A stretch of 41,465 nt of DNA from an uncultured Thermococci archaeon (GTDB lineage: Archaea > CAYQAE01 > CAYVLA01), in NCBI GenBank assembly GCA_964549615.1, contig CAZJVP010000066.1:1-41465 (forward strand). The letters run 5' to 3'. Below the pieces are notes generated by a model that had not been told where the DNA came from, searched no databases, and worked only from the letters and a program-made list of their open reading frames with translations. Below, piece after piece: positions 27,468-36,815 of this stretch. The stretch's first letter is position 1. Each line of letters opens with the position of its first letter. The position numbers and the translations under genes are program-made.

Positions 27468-30400
27468 CTATAGCCCGACTCCCCGTCTGGGCCGCCTGCT
27501 TGCCTCAAGCCTGCCTTCGCGCCTGAGCTTCACGAGCACCGCGCACAGCGCAGCGATCAGCAAAAGGCCGACCCCAACCAAGAGGCCGTTGCGCCTAGCG
27601 ACGGTGAACACGAGCTTCCGTCTGGCCTCATTTCCGGCTAAGTCCGTCGCTACGACGAGTAAGGTATGGGTGCCAGGTCCGATCTTTGAGCCCATCCTAT
27701 AGCGATTTCCATCCAACAGTACGTCAAGCCCGGCCAATCCGCCATCGTCCGTGGCGTTGATCGTTGGCTTCACCCTCCCTTTGTACTTCGCCCCATCCTC
27801 GACATCGACAAGGATCCTTGGTGGTATCGTATCGACCGCGAAGCTAGCGAAGAGGGTGGCCGAGTTGCCTGCCCTGTCCACGGCCGAGACGTACAGGGTG
27901 TGGTTGCCGTCTCCGATCTTGCCTCCTACCATGTAGGGGCTTCCGTCCAAAGAACATTCCACAATCGGTGAGGGGTCAAGCTCGTCCCGGACCGTTACCT
28001 GCGCGACCACGGGCGAGCGATAGAAGGTGCCATTTCTCACGCCCGAGACGGCGATCTGGGGTGGGGTCGAGTCGACGCGGAAAGTGAACTTGGCTTGCGC
28101 CGAGTTCCCAGCCCAGTCCATGGCGCCAACCAGAAGCTCGTGCGCGCCCTCGCCAACCGTCCGGTTACCGGTCATCGTTTCGCCGTCGAGTACGGCGACC
28201 CAGGCGGGATTTGCATCCAGGTCGTCAGCAACGGTGACGGTCACCATCCGCGCCGCAGCGTACCATGCACCGTCCTCAACGGACGCCTCAATGGCGGGTG
28301 GGAGGAGATCCACCGCAAACCCGGCGACCACGGAAACGGAGTTGCCCGACTTGTCCCATGCGAGGATGTGGAGGGCGTGTTTCCCTGGTCCGACCTTCTC
28401 TCCCGAGTAGGGCCTTGCGTCGAGCAGGACCTCAAACGTGGGCGATGGATCTAGATCGTCCGCGAGCGATACCTCTATCGTGATCTCCCGGGCCAAGACG
28501 ACCCCTTCGGTGACGTTTGCGCGCACGCTTGGTGGGCTCAGATCCACGACGAATTCCACCGTGATGGTCTTGGTGTTTCCGGCCGAGTCGGTCGCGTTCG
28601 CCACCAGCAGGTGTCTGCCGTGCCCGACGGGGCTACCAGGAAGATATGCTTCGCCGTCCAGCTGGACAACCACCGCTGGGTTCGGATCCAGAGCGTCGCG
28701 CGTCCAGACCTGAGCTGCGACGGACTGGTTGTACCACTTCCCGTCGGAAACGCCAAGGATCCTGACCTCGGGGGGCGACCCATCCAGGGTTATCTGGACG
28801 GTGACCAGCTCCTCATTTCCGGCGGCATCGATCGCACGGATGCTTAGGTTGTGTGGCCCGTCGCTTCCGGTCAGTGGAAATTCGAACCGGCTCTCCCAGC
28901 CGTCTCCAAACGGCGTCCTGCTCGTCTCCCTCGCTGGGCACCACGGCCCACCATCAAGGCTCACGTCGCTTCGCACGACTGCCGTCAAAGCGTCTGCCGA
29001 CGACCACCAGGCCAGGGTCGGGCAAGCGACGAACGTGCCGTTGCAAGCGGGGTATCCCGGGATGATGGTGGGCTTCTTCGCATCGATCCAAAAGACCACC
29101 TCCAACTCGCTGCTCCAGCCTGCGCGATCCGTGGCAGTGACGTGCAGTACATGCCTGCCCTCGGCTGAGACCTCACCCAGTTCCGCTGCTTCACCGTCGA
29201 GCTTGACCTGAACTTGCGGGTCCGGGTCGGCTGCATCCCAGACGGAAATATCCGGTTTCACTCCATGGCCATACGCGGTCCCATTTCCGATGTTACGAAG
29301 TTGGATGGCTGGAGGGTTGTTGTCGACGAGCACATTGAACGACGCTAGGTCGAAAAGCACACCGTCGCTCAGGTTCAGAACGAGGGTGTACATCCCGTCC
29401 TGTATGTTGAAAGTCGGAAGGCTGATGGAGAACCAACCGGGCTGCAGAGCGCAATCGAACTTCAGGCCCGCGATCGTGATCCGCAGCGTCAGCTGATCCC
29501 CATTGGGATCCCAGACCTCGCCCGTGACGGTGGCGTTCGAAGCCATCACCGAACCGTTCAGCGAAGGAACCTCCAGGCGCGGCCTGTACAGGTCCAGGAG
29601 CGGCCGAGAAAGCCTCGCAGCGCTTCTTGCGAAGCGAAATCCGAAAATGGCCTCTCCAAGGGCGGAGATCCCGCCGATCTCGCAAAGGTTCTCGGAGAAC
29701 TCGTATCTGCTCACCGAAAGGACCGGCTCGACGCCCATGTTCCTTGAGTCGTCGATCGCGATGCGTGCAGCGGCCTCGGACTTGTTCGCCATCCTCGTCA
29801 TCATGCTCAGCGCTTCGTCTTCGTCCGCCGCCAACACCAAGACGTTGACGAACTCTATCGCAAGTCCCGCCCTAAGTTCAGCTTCGAGGGCCTCGAAGGT
29901 CGCTACCGCCCACTCCTGGCTGTCGATGGCCGTCTCGGCCGCCTCCAGGGATTCGTAGGGATCGATGAAGGAATACTCCGGAAAGAACGCAACCACCCAT
30001 CCTATGGGGAGACCGAAAACCTCTTCGTAGAGGAGGTCTGCATAGGTTGCAAGAATGGAAGCATCCGCAACAAGTCCCTCCGCCATCTCCCTTAGATCCC
30101 CGTCGCTGGGCAGGAGGAGGCTCGAAAAGAACAGGGTCATGTTGGACCAGATCTTGGCTGTGCGCGCCCTCTCGGCCGAGTATGCTGCCTCGTGGAGAGC
30201 GGCATCCTCGATCTGGAGCCGGTAGAGAAAGCGGGAATCTTCTAGTTTGCTTCTTGCCTCTTGAATCCTCGACTTCGCAGCGGCGACGCACTCCAGCCCC
30301 TCTATTCCCAGGGCGGTCGTTTGTGCCAGGAACGCCTCGGCCGATTCGATCTCAACTTCGACCTCGGCCCAGATCTGCTCGATGGCGGCTGTCCGCTGTG

Positions 30401-31364
30401 GCTGCTCAGCTTGATAGAACGTCACGCTGTAGGCCACGTACCTGGATGCGATCCTAGACTGGAAGGCCTTGCTCGAGGCAACGTAAAACCTGGATCGGTT
30501 GAAGGCATCATAGCCGTCGTGCAGGTCTTCCTCCGAGCTCGCAAGAACAGACCCTAGGTCCGACTTGAGCGACTCGTCCAGATTGGATTCTTCCAGCAGG
30601 ATCCTTGCCAGGTCGAGTCTTGAGCGTGCATCACCTAGCTCCATCAGGGACTGGCGGCGCATCATGTCGATGTACGATTCCGTGTAAACTGGATTGGACG
30701 GGATGGGCCTGGCTTGGAATTCAAGTCCGGTGAACCATTTCACCGCCTCGCGAATGTCGGAGACCTCGACGACGCTGAGATTCCACCTTTCCTTGGCCAT
30801 CTGCGTCACGTTGACCGCCTCGTACGTCGTGGAGTTGTAGCTCACGGACTGTCCCTCCGGCACGAGGAAGTACTTTGCACCTGAAAGGTACGCGGCGTAG
30901 GCCTTCTCCGGTATGCCCCCGACCACGCCGAGCGCGCCGTCCGGGGTGATCATCCCCGTGATCATCACTTCGCGGCTCAGCTGGAGGTCCTTGAGGAGGG
31001 CGATCATCGCGACCGTCATTGCAGCCCCTGCGCTCGGACCGCCTATGATCGTCGTACTTGCGTAAAGCGTGATGAGGAAATCCCTGCTCTTGATGTCTTC
31101 GCCCGTCGTTTCGCCCGCAACCATCGCGGCGACCCGGGCAGAGCCCTGCATGTCGATTTCGGTGAGGGAGCGCGTGTTGACGAATACCTCTCCGGTCCCG
31201 GGAGTCATCATCCTGATATTGAGCCTGACCGGAACCCCCACGAAAGTCCCGCTTTGGAGCTGCGAAACGGCTGGAACCATTATGTCGATTTCGGAGTATG
31301 TCTGGCAGGTGGCCAGCGGAAGCAGGAGCAGGATCGCTGCGAGGGTAAAGCCCCTCTCAGACAT
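27468..31364 (-). CDS. Secreted archaeal Lon-like (S16) serine protease with helical region, 7-8 Ig-like repeats and C-terminal TM anchor (1298 aa)
   Basis: Start moved to ATG 31364 (signal peptide; TTAAT box at about 31390). DMQGSAR, GGPSAG (Ser), MITG-x-I-x-PDG, VGGIPEK (Lys). No AAA+ Walker motifs. Repeats, then TM and an R-rich tail. Confidence 0.88.
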   Translation of the reverse strand: MSERGFTLAAILLLLPLATCQTYSEIDIMVPAVSQLQSGTFVGVPVRLNIRMMTPGTGEVFVNTRSLTEIDMQGSARVAAMVAGETTGEDIKSRDFLITLYASTTIIGGPSAGAAMTVAMIALLKDLQLSREVMITGMITPDGALGVVGGIPEKAYAAYLSGAKYFLVPEGQSVSYNSTTYEAVNVTQMAKERWNLSVVEVSDIREAVKWFTGLEFQARPIPSNPVYTESYIDMMRRQSLMELGDARSRLDLARILLEESNLDESLKSDLGSVLASSEEDLHDGYDAFNRSRFYVASSKAFQSRIASRYVAYSVTFYQAEQPQRTAAIEQIWAEVEVEIESAEAFLAQTTALGIEGLECVAAAKSRIQEARSKLEDSRFLYRLQIEDAALHEAAYSAERARTAKIWSNMTLFFSSLLLPSDGDLREMAEGLVADASILATYADLLYEEVFGLPIGWVVAFFPEYSFIDPYESLEAAETAIDSQEWAVATFEALEAELRAGLAIEFVNVLVLAADEDEALSMMTRMANKSEAAARIAIDDSRNMGVEPVLSVSRYEFSENLCEIGGISALGEAIFGFRFARSAARLSRPLLDLYRPRLEVPSLNGSVMASNATVTGEVWDPNGDQLTLRITIAGLKFDCALQPGWFSISLPTFNIQDGMYTLVLNLSDGVLFDLASFNVLVDNNPPAIQLRNIGNGTAYGHGVKPDISVWDAADPDPQVQVKLDGEAAELGEVSAEGRHVLHVTATDRAGWSSELEVVFWIDAKKPTIIPGYPACNGTFVACPTLAWWSSADALTAVVRSDVSLDGGPWCPARETSRTPFGDGWESRFEFPLTGSDGPHNLSIRAIDAAGNEELVTVQITLDGSPPEVRILGVSDGKWYNQSVAAQVWTRDALDPNPAVVVQLDGEAYLPGSPVGHGRHLLVANATDSAGNTKTITVEFVVDLSPPSVRANVTEGVVLAREITIEVSLADDLDPSPTFEVLLDARPYSGEKVGPGKHALHILAWDKSGNSVSVVAGFAVDLLPPAIEASVEDGAWYAAARMVTVTVADDLDANPAWVAVLDGETMTGNRTVGEGAHELLVGAMDWAGNSAQAKFTFRVDSTPPQIAVSGVRNGTFYRSPVVAQVTVRDELDPSPIVECSLDGSPYMVGGKIGDGNHTLYVSAVDRAGNSATLFASFAVDTIPPRILVDVEDGAKYKGRVKPTINATDDGGLAGLDVLLDGNRYRMGSKIGPGTHTLLVVATDLAGNEARRKLVFTVARRNGLLVGVGLLLIAALCAVLVKLRREGRLEASRRPRRGVGL
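27600..29324 (-). repeat. Seven tandem ~78-100 aa Ig-like repeats within the protease (plus a divergent eighth upstream)
   Basis: Recurrent D-x-x-PP-x-I...D-x-LDP-x-P...LDG...G-x-H-x-L-x-V-x-A-x-D-x-AGN...F-x-VD. Confidence 0.85.
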
Positions 31365-31524
31365 CCCAACCCCCTGCCACATCAGCCTGATTAAGGTTCC
31401 CCTCGGCCGCCCTGCAAGGTGGGGGATGACGCTGTAGCACGCCGCTTGAGACGAATAAGCCAAAGACCCTGGGGAAAGGGCACGGTGCTGGGGCACAGCG
31501 GGCGGGCCAATGTCGCGGAGTACA

Positions 31525-31532
31525 TTTTAATT
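31525..31532 (+). promoter_or_regulatory. TATA-like box (TTTTAATT) upstream of the GNAT gene leader
   Basis: Strong AT-rich box in a GC-rich divergent intergenic region; would place the TSS near 31552. Confidence 0.5.
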
Positions 31533-31686
31533 GTCTTTGGCGACCGACCGGGCCGAATCCGGATCTGGAAGCATGCCTGACCAGCGCAGTTCCCCGTTGG
31601 GGGATGACCTAGAGTCGGGACCCGCTCGGGGCGATCCTTCGCCGCGGCAGTCCTTCCGGAATTGTAGAGGGAGACCGAGTTTGGCG

Positions 31687-32556
31687 ATGGAGATCGACAA
31701 GCTACCGTTCGAGGATCGATTCCTCCGCTTCCTGGAGGAGAACTGCGAGTTCACGGGTCTTTTGCCGGCCGTCCAGGAGCGGATCAAGCGGGACGCGAGC
31801 TGGGTCGTCGCAAGCGCGGCGGGGGAGCTTCTCGGGGTTGCACAACTCTCCCTGGACGGAGACGCCGCGAGGGTGGCCGAGCTTTGCGTAGCCAGGGATA
31901 AGAGGAGGATCGGCGTCGGCAGCGCGATCCTAGAAAGGTGCATCAAGGAGGCGAGGGACGCCGGCAAGCAGAAGGTGGTCGTGACGGGAGTAGACAGCCG
32001 GAACCTTGGCGCGAGGCGCTTCTTGGAGCACCTCGGGTTCCGAATCGTGAACGACTACGTCAGAATGGAATGGATCCCGAGGGCCTTGCCCGAGGTTGAG
32101 GTGCCACCAGGGTATGAGATCAGGACTTATCGCGAAGGCGACGAGGAACAGTGGGCCAACTGCATCAATCGGGCTTACTCGACCCAAAGGGACAAGACCA
32201 ACTGGACCGCCCAAAGCGTGAGGGAGAAGTTCGTCTCGAGCCCCTCTTTCATTCCCGATGGATGCTTCTTCGCGGTGCGACAGGGCAGGATCGTGGGCGC
32301 GTTCATGGCGTGGAGGGAGATCGACGCGGGGCCGCAGCGGGGAAGGCTCCACTGGCTGGGGGTGGATCCTGATCACAGGAACCTCGGGTTGGCAAAGGCA
32401 CTCACCGTCCGCGTGCTTCGGTATCTCCTCGAGCATGGCATGACCTCCATATTCTTGGATACTAGCTACGCCTACCCTGTAGCCATGAAGATGTACTCCA
32501 AGCTTGGGTTCGTGGAGACCCCGAGGCTCTTCGACTACGTTAAAGAGATCGGCTGA
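31687..32556 (+). CDS. Tandem GNAT N-acetyltransferase (MshD-like architecture); start could be 31573 or 31681
   Basis: Two acetyl-CoA motif A copies (V-x-x-DKRRIGVG; GVDPDHRNLGLA) and FLEHLGF / MYSKLGF. AGAGGGAG SD-like motif at 31666-31673. Confidence 0.88.
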   Translation: MEIDKLPFEDRFLRFLEENCEFTGLLPAVQERIKRDASWVVASAAGELLGVAQLSLDGDAARVAELCVARDKRRIGVGSAILERCIKEARDAGKQKVVVTGVDSRNLGARRFLEHLGFRIVNDYVRMEWIPRALPEVEVPPGYEIRTYREGDEEQWANCINRAYSTQRDKTNWTAQSVREKFVSSPSFIPDGCFFAVRQGRIVGAFMAWREIDAGPQRGRLHWLGVDPDHRNLGLAKALTVRVLRYLLEHGMTSIFLDTSYAYPVAMKMYSKLGFVETPRLFDYVKEIG

Positions 32557-33365
32557 CCGCCCCTACCTCTCAGGGCCTCTAGGTAGAAGCTCCTGTAGTC
32601 CACTATGCGCAGCCCGATCTTCTTTGCATACTGGATGAATGCGTACATCACCGACATCTCGGGATCCGACTTTATGGACGACCAGTCGTGAGAGCCGTAG
32701 CTCCAGACCAGGCCCTTCTTCGCTACCATTTCCGCCGTTTGCCTCAGGAGATCTAGGTATCCCTGCAGATTTTCCCAGCCGTTGAGGCTCCTCCAGTAGA
32801 CGTCCTGCCAACCGTGTATGCAGAGCTCGAGCATATCGGGAAAGCCCTGGACGGCGTACCAGAAGGGCTGGATCTCGAAGCTCAGTGGCTGGAAGTCCTT
32901 CTCGTTGCGCGCATAGGTCCTGAGGAACCGTATGCCGTTGCGGTTGAGGATCTCCAGAAGATCCGGCCTATCGCAGAGGCCCCTATAGTAACCCCATGGA
33001 CCGGTGAGGCCCCAGCATTCCACCCCTAAACGTTCCGCCAGCAGCTGATTCGTCTTGGAAATCTCGATCTCGATCTCGCCCGGCGTGCCGCCCTTCACCA
33101 GGGTGACCTTCGTTCCGTCATCGATGCACACCGTCTTCAGCAGCATATGGGAGTAGGTGTGCTGCTCGTAGTCGAAAAGGTCGCACCTCCGCCGCAGGTC
33201 GGCGAGTTCCTTTGAGTTCGCCTCGACGACCTTTCCGACCAAGAAGAGTGTGCAAGGGGCCGAAAGGTCAGAGTGCACCTCCTCCGCTTTCTCCAGGAAG
33301 CGCCTAACTATCGACGGGTCACTCGAGCTCTCAACATCGTATCCGATCAGAAGCGTTCCGGTCAT
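32535..33365 (-). CDS. Polysaccharide deacetylase (NodB/CE4-like) family protein
   Basis: Motifs GYDVE, TLFLVG, QHTYSH, SHDW. Confidence 0.82.
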   Translation of the reverse strand: MTGTLLIGYDVESSSDPSIVRRFLEKAEEVHSDLSAPCTLFLVGKVVEANSKELADLRRRCDLFDYEQHTYSHMLLKTVCIDDGTKVTLVKGGTPGEIEIEISKTNQLLAERLGVECWGLTGPWGYYRGLCDRPDLLEILNRNGIRFLRTYARNEKDFQPLSFEIQPFWYAVQGFPDMLELCIHGWQDVYWRSLNGWENLQGYLDLLRQTAEMVAKKGLVWSYGSHDWSSIKSDPEMSVMYAFIQYAKKIGLRIVDYRSFYLEALRGRGGQPISLT

Positions 33366-33388
33366 GTAGGGCTCCCAGCCTCATCGCA

Positions 33389-33853
33389 CTAGTGGATTTC
33401 CAGCCTATCGGGCATGACGGATGAAAGGAGCATCTCGACCCTTGCTGCGTCACTGGCATCCAGCAAGAACTCCCTCGAGGTGACCTTTCCCCGTCTCTGA
33501 TCATAGCAGTCAAATGCAAACTTGGCATGCCTGAACCGCCCCGGCCTGGCCAGGAAGGACCTCAGAATGCACGCGTAGGGGACCTGGGTTACGCGGATTT
33601 CGGGCGTCCCATCGGTGCCAGCCAGGCTATCCCCGAGCACGATGTCGGTTGAGCCGCCCGGTTCGAAGAACCCGCCCTTGCCTCCTTTCCTAGGATCGAT
33701 GGCCGTGCCGAGAAACATGCCAACAAGGTCAGGGACGTCGTCCATGCCTCGACGTGCAGCCTCCCTAATGCACAGCGAGTTCTCGGTGAAGAGCATCTCG
33801 ACGATTCCTCCGCCTGAGCGGGCCCTCAGGCGAAGCCCGACCGCCTCGGACAT
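33389..33853 (-). CDS. Hypothetical protein (possibly PH-like fold)
   Basis: Fills the gap between two minus-strand genes. Likely start ATG 33853 with ATTAAT box at 33891-33896. Beta-rich with a terminal helix. Confidence 0.55.
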   Translation of the reverse strand: MSEAVGLRLRARSGGGIVEMLFTENSLCIREAARRGMDDVPDLVGMFLGTAIDPRKGGKGGFFEPGGSTDIVLGDSLAGTDGTPEIRVTQVPYACILRSFLARPGRFRHAKFAFDCYDQRRGKVTSREFLLDASDAARVEMLLSSVMPDRLEIH

Positions 33854-33962
33854 CTGCGCAGACCAGTCCTTGTGGATCTGCGATCGGCTCATTAATGGTT
33901 TCTGCGCTTCGGTCGCTCCGTGCTTCCCTTCGGGCAGGCAACCTGACATGCGTCCGGAAGGC

Positions 33963-35030
33963 TCAGCGGTACCTTCCGTATCTGCGTACCGTGTTCACCA
34001 GCGCCATGTAGTTTTCCACCGGCACGCTGTCCGGGACGGAGTGGGACGAGCCGCAGATGTAGCCGCCCCCCTGCCCCGCAACGGCCATCTTCGCCATGAC
34101 CTCGCGGCGAACATCCTCAGTCGTCCCAAACGGCAGGGTGTTCGTGTTGTCGATGTTCCCGATGAAGGCTATCCTATCTCCATACAGTGGCTTGAGTTCG
34201 ATTACGTTCATGCCGGCAACCGCGTCGATCGGCTGCAGCGCGGTTATGCCTGCGTCTATGAAATCCTTCAAGATGGGCCTGACGTCCCCGTCTGTATGAA
34301 GGATGACCAGCCCACCCTTCTTCCGGACCGCCCGATACGTGCGCCTGTGGTGAGGGTAGAAGATCCGTCTATAGGTTCTCCTATTCATGAAAGGCCCGTG
34401 GTTGTCCGCTATGTCGCCGTAGAACCAGAAGCCGTCAGCGCCAAGGTCCATAGCGTACTCTGCAACGCCCACAAAATAGTTCGTCAGGGCCTTCAGGAGC
34501 TTCCCGAGCGCCCTTGGCTCTCTATATATCCATCCCAGTAGCCTCTCGAATCCGATGACCCTCCATGCCGATTCATACTGCTCAATTCCCGTCGGCATCA
34601 CGAACCTGGACTCAGCGGCTCGCCGGATCTGCTCGCCCAAATTCCCCCACCTCTCCGGTTTGTCGGGCTCGTCCCAGGTGGCGATGTAGTCATCCAGTTG
34701 GTCGGGGCTCTTCACGGGATGGTCGAGGAACTGGGGAACGGCCGCCCCCGTCTTGAGTTCTCGGGCCGTGTATCCCCAGTCCGTGAGCGTAACCCTTTCC
34801 CTGTCCGTCTCGCTGATGACCTTTGAAGGCCCGCCCCTGGGGCACCAGCCCGGAGTGCCAGGTGTGTAGAGTTCGTTCAGGCCAAGCCTTTCGTAGACAT
34901 CGCTTCCCGGGGGTGCTCCTAGGTACCTCCTCATCTTCTCGTTGAAGCCTTGCCAGAACGAATCCTGAATTGGGATCCTGTCCGGCTCCTCGAGGTGAAG
35001 CACTGCGGAGAGCCTCTCCCGGGAATTCAT
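33963..35030 (-). CDS. Uroporphyrinogen decarboxylase / MtaA-CmuA superfamily protein
   Basis: Motifs MNSRERL...EPDRIP, YGDIA, ILHTDG, IGNID, GGYICGSSHSV, PVENY. Confidence 0.9.
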   Translation of the reverse strand: MNSRERLSAVLHLEEPDRIPIQDSFWQGFNEKMRRYLGAPPGSDVYERLGLNELYTPGTPGWCPRGGPSKVISETDRERVTLTDWGYTARELKTGAAVPQFLDHPVKSPDQLDDYIATWDEPDKPERWGNLGEQIRRAAESRFVMPTGIEQYESAWRVIGFERLLGWIYREPRALGKLLKALTNYFVGVAEYAMDLGADGFWFYGDIADNHGPFMNRRTYRRIFYPHHRRTYRAVRKKGGLVILHTDGDVRPILKDFIDAGITALQPIDAVAGMNVIELKPLYGDRIAFIGNIDNTNTLPFGTTEDVRREVMAKMAVAGQGGGYICGSSHSVPDSVPVENYMALVNTVRRYGRYR

Positions 35031-35089
35031 CCAGATAACCCAAGGCCGGCTGGTGTGGAGGACGGATTGAAATCTCTGTCCTCTGCGGC

Positions 35090-36697
35090 CTAAAAGCCGA
35101 CGGCACAGCCGTCACATCTGGGGTCCGAGCCCCCGATGAGGGCATGTGTCTCGGGATGGATCATGATGAGTTGGACGGCTCCGCCCGCGCCCCAAGCCCC
35201 GACAAGGTCGACGTCGTGCCCCATATCGCGAAGCGCCCTAACGGTGGAGCGGGGGAATCTATCCTCCATATGCAGGGCCGCCCCCCCGGCGACGGCCCAC
35301 CTCGGGAACTCCGCGGCCCTCTGGACGTTCATGCCCCAATCCAGGAGGCCGGTGATGACCTGAAGGTTTGTCTGGACCTGCCTGTCCCCTCCTGGAGTGC
35401 CGCCGATGAACAATGGCCGGCCATCGCGAAGGACCATGTATGCGTTGAGCGTGTGGATCGTCCTCTTGCCCCCGACGAGGACGTTGGGACTTGCGGCGTC
35501 CAGGGAGAAGCCCGCCATCCTGTTGTTGAGGAGGATCCCGGTTCCCGGCACCAGCACGCCGCACCCGAAGCCGTGGAATAGGCTCTGGATGAATGAAACG
35601 GCATTGCCCTCCCCGTCGGCGACCGCGAAGTAGGTCGTGTCGGAGGAAGGGATCTCATCCGCTGGATACCCTGCTTGGGCCTGGCGAGCATTGATGAGGG
35701 ATCTCCTTCGGGCGGCATGCTCCTTGCTGATTATGCGATGCACGGGAAAGCTCACGAAGCGGGGATCTCCCGAGTGCGCGTACCGGTCTGCAAAGCTTAT
35801 CTTGGTCGCCTCGACCAGGAGGTGCACCGCTTCCGCGCCAGCCGGGGCAAGGGAGGGAAGATCGAACCCCTCCACTATGTTCAGCGCCTCAAGAAGGATG
35901 TGCCCCTGCGATACGGGTGGCTGCTCGACGACCTCAAAACCCCTGTATTCCGTTCGGATGGGTTCAATGATCTCCGCCTCAAAGCCGCTCAGGTCCCCCT
36001 CGTCCATGAGCCCGCCTTCGTCTGCCATGAATGATGCTATCCTTCGCGCGATCGAGCCCCGATAGAAGTCATCGGGGCCCTCGTCGGCCAAGATCCGAAG
36101 TGACCGGGCGAGGTCAGCCTGAACGAAGGTCTCGCCAATCTCAGGCGGCTTGCCTGACTGCAGGAAGAGATCCCGCCAGGTCGGCTCGGTGCGAAGTTGG
36201 GTCGCAGCTGCCTTTATTGCCCAGCTGAGCCGGGCGCTGCAGGGAAAGCCGCCCGCGTAGCGGATCGCGGGCTCAAGGAGGCGGTTCCAGGGCCAAGTTC
36301 CGTACTCGTCGTGGGCGAGCTTCCACGCAGCCACCTGGCCGGGCACCGAGGCCGCTTTCAACCCGCGGATCGGGATTCCTTGTGGGAAGGCCTGGACGCT
36401 TGCCCTCAAAGGCGCGGGGCCGCTTGAGTTTATTGCCCTCAAGGAGAAATCGGAGGCCCTGTAGACGAGCATGAACGCGTCCCCGCCCAAGCTGCTGTTG
36501 TACGGCTCAACGACGTTGAGGACAGCGGAGGTCGCTATGGCTGCGTCCATGAAATTGCCGCCGCAGTCCATAACCCTTGCGCCGGCGAAGGAGGCCAGAG
36601 GATGGGACGAGCAGACCAGGCCGCGCTTGGCAACCACCATGCCCCTGAGGGCGACAAACGGCTTGGAGAGGCCCGCCAAGATCCTGTCGATGGCCAC
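35090..36697 (-). CDS. ggt: Gamma-glutamyltransferase family protein
   Basis: Likely start GTG 36697. Motifs GGNFMDAAIA, LGGDAF, VPG, autocleavage site SDTTYF, LNNRM, HTL, TPGG, SDPRCDG. Confidence 0.92.
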   Translation of the reverse strand: MAIDRILAGLSKPFVALRGMVVAKRGLVCSSHPLASFAGARVMDCGGNFMDAAIATSAVLNVVEPYNSSLGGDAFMLVYRASDFSLRAINSSGPAPLRASVQAFPQGIPIRGLKAASVPGQVAAWKLAHDEYGTWPWNRLLEPAIRYAGGFPCSARLSWAIKAAATQLRTEPTWRDLFLQSGKPPEIGETFVQADLARSLRILADEGPDDFYRGSIARRIASFMADEGGLMDEGDLSGFEAEIIEPIRTEYRGFEVVEQPPVSQGHILLEALNIVEGFDLPSLAPAGAEAVHLLVEATKISFADRYAHSGDPRFVSFPVHRIISKEHAARRRSLINARQAQAGYPADEIPSSDTTYFAVADGEGNAVSFIQSLFHGFGCGVLVPGTGILLNNRMAGFSLDAASPNVLVGGKRTIHTLNAYMVLRDGRPLFIGGTPGGDRQVQTNLQVITGLLDWGMNVQRAAEFPRWAVAGGAALHMEDRFPRSTVRALRDMGHDVDLVGAWGAGGAVQLIMIHPETHALIGGSDPRCDGCAVGF

Positions 36698-36815
36698 GCC
36701 GGGGCGCCGGCGCTCGCCCCTCAAATATCTTCGCCTGGCTAGTACTCCCTGGCAGGCTAGTGGGTACAGGCCATCCGGTGAAAAGAGATAACTGTCCCGA
36801 CGACAAGCTCCTAGC

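Noticed and set aside
31683-31740. Fluoride riboswitch-like start GGCGATGGAG
   Set aside because: The pairing TCGCC strand and the downstream TRATGAC...CTAC element are missing, and the sequence is the GNAT start codon region.
31687-32556. Mycothiol synthase (mshD)
   Set aside because: A tandem GNAT fold alone is not diagnostic, and no mshA/B/C context is present.
33615-34541. 308-aa plus-strand ORF
   Set aside because: Antisense shadow of the URO-D-like gene and its neighbour.
33963-35030. Calling the gene hemE or a methanogenesis methyltransferase (mtaA)
   Set aside because: It lacks the HemE RQAGR motif and the MtaA H-x-C zinc motif; only a superfamily call is supported.
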